This document shows, piece by piece, positions 11,048-22,100 of a stretch of DNA of 64,000 nucleotides; the first letter of the stretch is position 1, and each line of letters starts with the position of its first letter. This stretch comes from Chiloscyllium plagiosum (Eukaryota), in NCBI RefSeq assembly GCF_004010195.1, contig NC_057719.1, positions 91,934,372-91,998,371 on the forward strand, in the 5' to 3' direction. Below the pieces are notes generated by a model. That model was given only the letters and a program-made list of their open reading frames with translations. It ran no database searches and was not told the origin of the DNA. The position numbers and the translations under genes are program-made.

Positions 11048-13186
11048 ATGAACAGGCAGGCAACGGGCAAAAGTTCAGCCAAGCGGAAGGGCAAGCAGAT
11101 CTCGTTCTTCGGTGAGAATACCGGCACCGTTCAGCCGAGCCCGTCCCGCCTCAGGAAGAACGGGATGATCCGCGGTGAGGCGGAGGGCGGCCCGCTCAAA
11201 TCGCAGCCCCCCACGCTGCCCGAGACTCCAGCGAGGGGCGGGCAGTGCCAGTCTGTTGGCTCCGATTTGGCAATGAGCCAAGGGAGGGCTGTGGCAACTG
11301 GCAGCACCATGCCCCCCAACTGGGCTGCATCTGTCCTGATCGACCGCCTACCTTCCAAGGGGAGCTTCAGCTGGCAACCTGCTGGCTCCTGGACTCAAAG
11401 CGCAGCCCCATTCTGTGCCAGTGTCGGAGCAGTGAGCATCATCGATTCCAATGCCACTGGTCCCTTCTCGCAAGCTCTGGCAAAGCAAGGGGCCGCAGCC
11501 CAGCCGCAGAAGCAGCAACACCGGCAGACGCAACTGCCTCTTCAAACCCAACAGCAACAACAGAACCAGCTAAAGCAGCACCTGCAGACCCAACAGTCGA
11601 ACCAGCTACAGCAGAAACAGCATCAACTCCAACAGCAACATGCGCAGGCCCAACAGTCAGACCAACTACAGTCAAACCAACATCAACTCCAACAGCAACA
11701 TGCACAGGCCCAACAGTCAAACCAACTACAGTCAAACCAACATCAACTCCAACAGCAACATGCACAGGCCCAACAGTCAAACCAACATCAAATCCAACAG
11801 CAACATGCACAGGCCCATAAGTCAAACCAACATCAACTCCAACAGCAACATGCGCAGGCTCAACAGTCAAACCAACTACAGTCAAACCAACATCAACTTC
11901 AACAGCAACATGCAGAGGCCCAACAGTCAAACCAACGTCAACTCCAACAACAACATGCGCAGACCCAACAGTCAAACCAACTACAGTCGAATCAACATCA
12001 ACTCCAACAGCAACATGCACAAGCCCAACAGTTGAACCAACGTCAACTCCAACAGCAACACACACAGGCCCAACAGTCGAACCAACTACAGTCAAACCAA
12101 CAAATATTCCAACAGCAACATGCGCAGACTCAACAGTCAAGCCAACTACAGCAGAAACAGCATCAACTCCAACAGCAACATGCGCAGGCCCAACAGTCAA
12201 GCCAACTACAGCAGAAACAACATCAACTCCAACAGCAACATGCGCAGGCCCAACAGTCAAACCAACTACAGCAGAAACAGCATCAACTCCAGCAGCAACA
12301 TGCACAGACCCAGCAGCAGAACCAACTCCAGCAGCAATACCAGCAGAGCCAACTGCTGCATCAACATCAGCAGCAACAAAGTAACGAAGTTCTGCCTCAA
12401 CGCCAATTCTTCCAGTACCAGTACGGCCAGAACCAGAAGCAAGAGCTGCCTCCAAATTCCGTATTGAACATTTTCCATCAAGTCCACCAGCCAGCACTCC
12501 TTCCCCTTTACAGTCACCAAGCACAGACCACCTGCCAACAGCACCTGTTCCAGCAGTTCTTCCCTCACCAGCAGCCGCCTCAGTCTCTCGGTCTCCAGCG
12601 GGTACAGGTGAGCCAGGGGTCCGAGGCTTCAATGCATCACGTGGTTTCAACGGCAGCTCCATTCCAGCAGCAACTTGCCGAGGTTCACGTCAGCAAAGGC
12701 CTTCAGAGGTCTACCCTGGGTGGAATCAAACAGGAACACATCGCACCCCGCCAGCTGACGGCAGAATTTCAGGCCCCTGCGGCAAAGCGGGCACATTACC
12801 CCATCAAGGAGAGGCAGGCGAAGCCGCCACCGTTTGAGGCGCACAGGGTTGGGAATCCAGCAGGTTCCACAGAGAGTGCCAGCCAGCGCTGGCCGCAGGC
12901 TTACGGGCCGGAACTGCAGAAGCTGCTCAACGTGCCGCCCAGCCACTCCGGCCAGAGCCAGCTCAAACTGTTCGAGGCGGCCCCACCCCGCGGGGGGGAG
13001 AGCTGGAGTCGGAGAGAGCAGGAGAGCAGAGAGCCTGCCCGGGAAACGGCCTCACGGGGCGAAAGCACCGCCGATAGTCTCGTGCAACTCTCAACGAAGA
13101 AAGAGGAGACATCGGGCGAGGAAAGTGGACCACAGCCGCACCAGGAATCCGCAGAGGCCCTGTCCAATTGGACTACCTCAGCTAAG
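11048..13186 (+). CDS. MIDEAS: MIDEAS coding exon 1 (713 codons; low-complexity, Q-rich N-terminus)
   Basis: ATG in AAGATGA context. [23 protein letters not shown] resembles the recalled N-terminus of vertebrate MIDEAS. Donor AAG|gtaagc, phase 0. Confidence 0.88.
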
Positions 13187-16100
13187 GTAAGCAGTGAGCG
13201 GTTGCTGGACATTTTGAAACCATGCTTTCCCCCAACCCCTGCAACAAGTGTAACTCTTTCCCTTTTAGAGTCAGAGAGAGTCCTACAGCATGCAGACAGG
13301 CCCTTTGGCCCAAACTGGTCCATGCCCATCCATGCTAACCCCATTTCCTCACACTTGGCCCAAATCCTTCTAAACCTTTTCTATCCATGTATTTGTCCAA
13401 ATGCCTTTTAAAAGGACTTGCATTTATACAGCAACGTTCCCAATCTACAGCCAATGAAATACCCTTTGAAATGCAGTCCCTGTTCTAATCCAGCACCCAG
13501 ATGAAACACAGCACGTTCCCATGGCAACCAGAATATCTGTTGCCAAGATGCTCATTGAGGGTTTAAATATTAGACAGTGTACCGTGACCAGGGAGATGAT
13601 GTGGAGGGTGACAACATTACCCACTTTGGTCGGAAGAACGGTAAAGCTGAACATTTTTAAATATCGATATTCAGAAGAATCTGATGGGTATCCTTGGACA
13701 CAAAATGTGGCAAGTTGGACATGTAGGTGTGCCAAATGGTGGCTCAGTGGTTAGCACTGTTGCCTTACAGTGCCAGGGACCCGGGTTTGACTCGGGGAGT
13801 TTGCACATTCTCCCCGTGCGTGGGTTTCCTCCCACAGTCCAAAGATGTGCAGGTCAGGAGGACTGGCCATGCTAAATTGCCCGTACTGCTAGGTGCATTA
13901 GTCAAGGGGAAATATAGGTTAGGGTTGGGTGGGTTACTCTTCGGAGGGTCGGTGTGGACTTGTTGGACCGAAGGGCCTGTTTCCACACCGTAGGGAATCG
14001 AATCTAGTCTCAAACACTTGGGGAGGCAAGTGGCATGTTAGCCTTTTAATGGATGTCTTGTTGTAGTTTTACAAGGGCATGTGAGACCACACCCATTAGG
14101 TACAGTTTGGTTCCTTTCCTAAACATATCTTCAAGGGACTACTGCATAGTTCACTCGAGAGGGATTTGGAGGGAGAAGGCTGTCCTACGATGAGAGATTG
14201 AGTATGATGAACAGATATTCTTCACATTTTTAAGCTCTGATTTCCAGCATTTGCAGTCCTCACTTTCTCCTAGATATTCTTCAAAGTTGAGAAAAATAAG
14301 AGGCAGTACAATTCTTAGGAGTAATGTGACAGGATGGATGTTTGGAGCTTTGTTTCCTATTTTGGAGAGTCCAGACCTACACGTTGTAATCTTCGGCTGA
14401 GACCTGAGATAAGAGTTTTCTTCACTCGCAGTGTTTGGTGTTCTCTATCCCAGAGGGTTATGAGTGCCCGTACGCAGAGATTGACCCTCCTACTGCCCGG
14501 GAGCTGACCAATGAATATTGGGATGTGAGTCAGCTGTGGACTCGGTGGGTAGCACACTTGCCACCGTAAGGTTTAGGAGCAAAGGTAGGCCATTCAGCCC
14601 ATCGAGCCCACTCCACCATTCAATGAGATCACGTTGATCCGATAATTATCAGCTCCACATACTGCCTCCCCCCCACCCCAAAACCCACTATTCCCTCACT
14701 GATTAAAAATCCATCTCAGCCTGGAGTAAGCTGAGCTCCTGGGCTGTTAAGTCTAGGTCATCGAGGTTTGACCACATAAAAACCAAGGCTGGTGCTCCAT
14801 TGCAGTACTGAAGCAGTGCTACACTGACAGAGGTGCTGTCTTTCTGACAAAGTATTGAACTAGACTTCCCTCCGCTTCAGCTGTCTATTAAAGATCCCGT
14901 TGGCAGTGTACTGAAGAAATAAAAGTGTGTTCTCCCCAATTTCCAGGCCAAATTCTTCCCTCGGTCAAAATCATTTGAAAAGGGTCATCTGGCTTGTTAA
15001 CCATGTTTGTAAATGTTGGCGGAATACAGATGTTATCCCATGATGCTGAAACAGTAGAAGGTTGAGTTGAGTGGGAAGGTTAGGAGTGAAGCCGATCCTG
15101 AGGGGCCATATGTATGGGCTGCCCCTGCTCCTGTTGCTAATTTTAGAGTTAGAGCCATACAGCACAGAAAAGCCATCCCATCACACCTACTCTGACTATA
15201 ACTACCACTCTAATTCCAATTTGCTACACTTGTCCCATATCCATGAATGTTATATTTGAAATGCTCATCCAAATTTTTATTTTTTTGTTTGCAAGGCTGT
15301 AAGCTTACCTTCCCAGGCAGTGCATTCCACCGCCTGCAGAGTGAAATCCCCTCTGAATCTCCAGCCCTTTAGCCTAAAACTACCCTTGTGATTGATCTCT
15401 CTTCACCCTGTCCATTGCCCTCATAATCTTAGGTACCTCAATCATGTCCCCCCCCCCCCCCTCAGTCTTTACTGCTCGAAAGAAAACAATTCAAGCCTAT
15501 GTAGTCTCCTGTTGTAACTCAGTATCTCCATCCCTAGCCATCCTGGTGAACATCCTCTTACCCCATCTCGAGCTAACACATCCTTCCTGTAGTGAGGTGA
15601 GCAGAACTTCATACAATACTCCAGCTGTGGCCTTACCAATCTCCTGTACAACTCCAACAACATCTCCTTGTTCTTGTACTCTATACCACGACTGCTGAAA
15701 GCAAGTGTCCCATTTGCTGCCTTAATGATCGTGTTCACGTGCTCTGCTGACTTCAGGGTTCAGTGAATGATTACCCAAGATCCCTCTGGACCCCTGAACT
15801 ACCCAGTGTCCTGCCTTTCATTAAATGCTTCCTCATCTTGTTTCTTTCTTTTCCAAAATGCACCACCTCGCACTTAGCAGGCAGGGTTAAATACCATCTG
15901 CCACTGGTCTGCCCTACCCATCTCCACCTTCCTGTAACCCATAACCATTTTCCTCACAATTAACCTCTCTACCAATCTTGGTGTCATCTGCAAACTTGCT
16001 TACTGCCCTCCCCATGTTTTCATCTGTATGATTTATGTATATATCAAAAAACAAAGGTCTCAATCCTGATCCTTGTGGTGCACCAGGTGGACTCCAGCCT

Positions 16101-19100
16101 TCGGTCACTCAAACAACCTTCTATCCTTATACCCTTTGTGCTTCTGCAGTTTCTGATCCATCTTGCCACATTTCTCTGGATTCCATGTGCGTTTACCTTC
16201 TCAGTCAGTCTCCTGTGTGGGAGAAATTGAGCTTCCCTCGTCCAAGCACTTGATCATGTTTTTTTTTTTTGAACGATGCGAACAGATTTCTCTGGCTTTG
16301 TCGGGGGAGGTCGTGCCTAACACACATTTGTTGGAGATTTTCGAATGTTCTTCTCGGTTTTTGTCGAATATTCATCTGGGGTCTTTGCTCCCCACCCCCT
16401 GGAGAGAAGCCTTGGTTTTATGTCTCATGTGGAAGAAGACATGGTTCTGCAGCCTTCCTACAGCACAGGATGGAGGGTACTGGGCCGAATTACATGCTCT
16501 GGTTTCTGTAGTGAAGCCTGAACCCACAATTTGGCGGAAATTGAGTGATAACTCTCTCCCGCTAAAAGAGGCAACGAGTAGCAGGGTGTGGGCATGGGTC
16601 ACAGGGGGATTGTGAACCTTCTGGAACAGTGCCCTGGATGACAGTAGGCCGAGTGCTGGACGACTGACTCCTGACTCTCTGAAGCACAGGCTTCCTCTGA
16701 GAAATTTAATGGTGCCCCTGGCACCTTGCTGACTAAAAGGCCGCAATACAAAGAGAGAAAATCTGAATTTATATAGCGCCTTGTACGATTTCAGGACACC
16801 CTGTAACAATCCAAACCCAAGCAGTGACTGACTCAAACCAATAAACCATGCAGACAAGACTCTTTGAACAAAGAACATTACAGCGCAGTACAGGCCCTTC
16901 GGCCGTCAATGTTGCGTCGACCGCCCATTTAATTGCCCTTAATGTCGGCGAGTTTATTACTATTGCAGGCAGTATGTTCCTTGCTCCTCCTTCTCTGAGT
17001 AAAAAAGCTACCTCTGACATCTGTCCTTAATCTATCACCCCTCAATTTAAAGCTATGTCCCCTTGTGTTAGCCTTCACCATCCAAGGAAAAAGGCTCTCA
17101 CTGTCCACCTTATCTAACTCTCTGATTATCTTATATGTCTCAAGTCACCTCTCAACCACCTCCTCTCCAACAAAAACAGCTTAGTTCCCTCAAGCTTTCC
17201 TCGTAAGACTTTTCCTCCATACCAGGCAACATCCTGGTAAATCTCCTCTGGACCCATTCCATAGCTTCCACATCCTTCCCATAATGCGGTGACCAGAACT
17301 GTACGCAATACTGCAGGTGTGGCCGCACCAGTGTCTTGTACAGCTGAAGCATGACCTTATAGCTCCGCAACTCAATCCCCCTACCAATAAACACCAACAC
17401 ACCATATGCCTTCTTAACAACCCTATCAACCTGGGTGGCGACTTTCAGGATTTATGCTCCTGGACACTGAGATCTCTCTGTTCATCTACACTGCCAAGCA
17501 TTTTACCATTAGCCCAGTACTCTGCATTCCTGTTATTTTGTCCAGAGTGAACTACCTCTCACATTTCCGCATTAAACTCCATTTGCCACTTCTCCGCCCA
17601 GCTCTGCAGCTTATCTATGTCCCTTTGTAACCTACAACATCCTTAGGCGCTATCCACAACTCTGCCTATCTTAGTGTATTCCGCAAATTTACTAACCCAT
17701 CCTTGTACACCCACATCCAGACCAATTATAAAAATAACAAACAGCAGTGGCCCCAAAACAGATCCTTGTGGCACACCACTGGTAGCTGAGCTTTAGGATG
17801 AACATTTCCCTCAACCACCACCCTCTGTCTTCTTTCAGCAAGCCAATTTCTGATCCAAACCGCTAAATCACCTTCAATCCCGAAACTCCAGATTTTGTGC
17901 AATAGCCTACCATGGGGAACCTTCTCAAACGCCTTACTGAAATCCATATACACCACACCAACCGCTTTACCCTCATCCACCTGTTTGGTCACCTTCTCAA
18001 AGAACTTAATAAGATTAGTTAAGCATGACTTACCCTTCACAAAACCGTGTTGACTATCTGGATAAACTTATTCCTTTTCAGATGATTATAAATCCTATGT
18101 CTTATAATCTTTTCTAACACCTTACCCACCATCGAAATAAGGCTCACTGGCTTATCATTGTCCTGACTCCCCTCCTTAAATAAGGGAACAACATTTGCCA
18201 TTTTCCAGTCTTCTGGCACTACTCCTGTCGATAATGATGACATAAAGATCAAAACCAAAGGCTCTGCAATCTCCTCCCTGGTTTCCCAGAGAATCCGAGG
18301 ATAAATCCCATCTGGCCAGGGGTCTTATCTATTTTCAGATCTTCCAAAATTGCTAAAACCGCCTCTTTGTCAACCACAATCCCATCGAATCTAGTAGCCT
18401 GTATCTCCATGTTCTCACTAACATTGCCCTTTTCTAATGTGAATACTGACCAAAAATATTCATTAAGTGCTTCCCCTATGTCCCCAGATTCCACACACAA
18501 CTTCCCACTACTGTATTTGATTGGCCAAAATCTTAGTCTAGTCATTCTTTTATTCCTGATACACCTATAAAAGGATTTAGGGTTTTCCTTGATCCTATCC
18601 GCCAACAACTTCTCATGTCCCCTCCTGGCTTTTCTTAGCCCTCTCTTTAGATCTTTTTCTGGCTACCTTTATAATTCTCCAGCCCCCTGAGTCTTCATAC
18701 CTCATCCTCACATAAGCCGCCTTCTTCCTCTTGACAAGAGCTTCAACTTCCTTTGTAAAACCATGGCTCCTTCTCTTGACAACTACCTCCCCGCCTGATA
18801 GGTATATACTTATCAAGGACCCGCAGTCGCTGTTCCTTGAATAAGCTCCACATTTCAAATGTGTCCAACTCCTGCAGTTTCCTTCCCCGTCCTATGCATC
18901 CTAAGTCTTGCCTAACTGCATCATAATTGCCTTTTCCCCAGTTATACCTCTTTCCCTGTGGTGTATACTTATCCCTGCCCATCGCGAAAGTAAACCTAAC
19001 CAAATTGTGGTCACTATCACCAAAGTGCTCACCTACCACCAAATCTTAACACCTGGCCCGGTTCATTCCTCAGTACCAAACCAAATGTGGCCTCGCTCCC

Positions 19101-22100
19101 TTGTTGGCCTGTCTACATATTGTGTGTCAGGAAACCATCCTGCATGCATTGGACAAAAACTGACCCATCTAAAGTACTTGAACTATAGTATTCCAGTCAA
19201 TGTTGGGGAAGTTAAAGTCCTCCAGAACAACTACCTTGTCACTCTCACTTCTATCGAGAATCCTCTTTGCTATCCTATCCTCTGCATCTCTGGAACTATT
19301 TGGAGGCCGAAAGAAAACTCCCAACAGGGTGACCTGTCCTTTCCAGTTTCTAACCTTAGCTCATACTATCTCAGTGGATGAGTCCTCAAACATTCTCTCA
19401 GCTGCTGTAATACTATCCTTTACTGCCAGATTACTCAGACCTCTTGGCATCATGGTGGCCCACAGACCCACCAACACACTAAAACAGCAGCTAATGAACT
19501 GAAAGTCCGTATACAGACAACAAGCAAAACTAATGTCATTTACAAAATACTGTGCAAGGATTGTAACAAATACCACACTGGACAAACAGGCAGAAAACTA
19601 ACCGCTAGGCTACATGAACACCAACTAGCCACAAAAAGACATGACCCTCTCTCGCTAGTATCCTTACATACAGATGAGGAAGGACACCACTTCGACTGGG
19701 ACAACACATCCATTCTAGGACAAGCCAAACAGACACACGACGAGAATTTCCTAGAGCATGGCATTCCAACCGGAACTCTATCAACAAACACATCAAGTTA
19801 GACCCCATCTACCACCGCCTGAGAAAAGGAAAGGAAGTGACTTTACCACAGGAAATGACGTCACCAACCCAAAGAAACCCAAACATATAAATAGGCAAAG
19901 CACTGCTGAAAATTCCTGCTTTCTGAGGCCCACTGAAGATGTTACCTAGTAGGGTGACGAAACGTCTGGAAATGAACCATCCACCACCCTTGACTAACAA
20001 TGCCACCCCCTCCCCCCACCCTTTACCATCTCTGTTCTTACTGAAACATCAAAATCCCTGAATCTGCAGCAATATTCCTGTCCCTGCTCTATCAATGTCT
20101 CTGAAATGGCCGCAACATTGAAGTCCCAGGTACCAACCCACGCTGCAAGTTCACCCACCTTATTCCGGATGTTCCTGGCATTGAAGTACACACATTTCAA
20201 ACCAACATCCTGATTGTTGGTGACCTCTCATGACCTTGTAAACCTATCCCTCACCTCACTACCCTCTACCTCCTGTACACTGGAACTACAGTTCAGGTTT
20301 CCATCCCCCTACTGCAGTAGTTTCCCTACTCCCCCAGCCAGAGAAACAATAGCCAACCTACTGGACATACAGAACAGAAAACAGGATGCTGAACCTATCA
20401 ACAAAGACGGCATACTTAAACTACTGGACTTGTGCCTCACAACACACTTCACATTCAACAACCAGATATACGAACAAATCAACGGAACACCCATGGGATC
20501 ACCAATCTCGGGACTCATAGCAGAGGCAATTATGCAAAGGTTAGAACAAACAGTCCTACCACAAATTCAACACAAACTCTGGGTCAGATATGTCGATGAC
20601 ACATTTGTAATCATTAAAAACACGGAAATAGAAAAAACACACCAGATCATCAACGCCACACTCACAGGAATCCAATTCACGAGAGAAGAAGAAAAGGATA
20701 GCCAACTCCCATTCCTAGACGTGATGGTACAGAGAACACCAGACGGAGAATTCACCACNNNNNNNNNNNNNNNNNNNNNNNNNNNNNNNNNNNNNNNNNN
20801 NNNNNNNNNNNNNNNNNNNNNNNNNNNNNNNNNNNNNNNNNNNNNNNNNNNNNNNNNNNNNNNNNNNNNNNNNNNNNNNNNNNNNNNNNNNNNNNNNNNN
20901 NNNNNNNNNNNNNNNNNNNNNNNNNNNNNNNNNNNNNNNNNNNNNNNNNNNNNNNNNNNNNNNNNNNNNNNNNNNNNNNNNNNNNNNNNNNNNNNNNNNN
21001 NNNNNNNNNNNNNNNNNNNNNNNNNNNNNNNNNNNNNNNNNNNNNNNNNNNNNNNNNNNNNNNNNNNNNNNNNNNNNNNNNNNNNNNNNNNNNNNNNNNN
21101 NNNNNNNNNNNNNNNNNNNNNNNNNNNNNNNNNNNNNNNNNNNNNNNNNNNNNNNNNNNNNNNNNNNNNNNNNNNNNNNNNNNNNNNNNNNNNNNNNNNN
21201 NNNNNNNNNNNNGTTTGTCTCACTGTTTGTTGTGTCTCTTCTGTCAGTCCATTGTTCCTGAGTGTGCATTCTAAGGAGGAAACATCAAAGAAGCGCTTCG
21301 CAGGAGGCTCCCAAGCACTGATGATGTCGCCTAGCCAGGGGACGAAACGTTTGCAACAAAAACTTCCAGCTCGGCGAACAGAACCACAACTATGAGCACC
21401 CGAGCTACAAATCTTCGCACAAACTTTTTCCACCCTAACTCCCTGGATTTCTGCCATAGATCCCCACCTTTCTTCCTACTTATATCATTGGTGCCTATAT
21501 GGTCCACGACATGGGGCTGTTCCCCATCCTCCCCAAGTGTCCCCAAAACAAGATCCAAGACATCATGAACCCGGACATCTAGGAGGCAACACACCAATCG
21601 TGAGTCTCTCTCTTTCCCACGGAACTTCCTGTCTTTGCCCCCCTAACTATGGAATTCCCAATGACTAAAGCTCTGCTCCACTTCCTCCTTCCCTTCTGAG
21701 CAGCAGGGACAGACTCTGTGCCAGAGACTTGTGCCCCATTGCTTACCCGATGGTAAGTTGTCCCCCCCCAAAAGTATCTAAAACGGTGTACTTGTTGTTG
21801 AGGGGAACGGCCACAGGGGATCCCTGCACTGCCTACCAGTTCCCTTTCCCGCTACTGACAGTAACCCACCTACCTTCTTCATGTGATTGTGGAGTAACTA
21901 CCTCCCTGTAACTCCTCGCAATAACCCCCTCTGCCTCCCCAATGATCCGAAGTTCATCCAGCTCCAGCTCCCTAACACAGTTTTCGAGGAGCTGGAGTTG
22001 GGTGCGCCTCCCACAGATGCAGTCAGCAGGGACACAGGTGGTGACCCTTACCTCCCACATTCTGCAGGACGAACATTCAACTGCCCTAACCTCCATTCCC

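Noticed and set aside
11591..12310. CRISPR-like array
   Set aside because: Contiguous coding tandem units with no unique spacers, in a eukaryotic context.
11245..12662. Overlapping ORFs (407 aa V/G-rich on the minus strand; PT-rich and NS-rich on the plus strand)
   Set aside because: Shadow frames of the CAA/CAG-rich tandem repeat, which lacks stop codons by composition.
10961..13411. 816-aa ORF as a stand-alone single-exon gene
   Set aside because: It starts at a GTG upstream of the likely ATG (11048) and runs past a strong donor at 13187; it is coding exon 1 of MIDEAS plus intron read-through.
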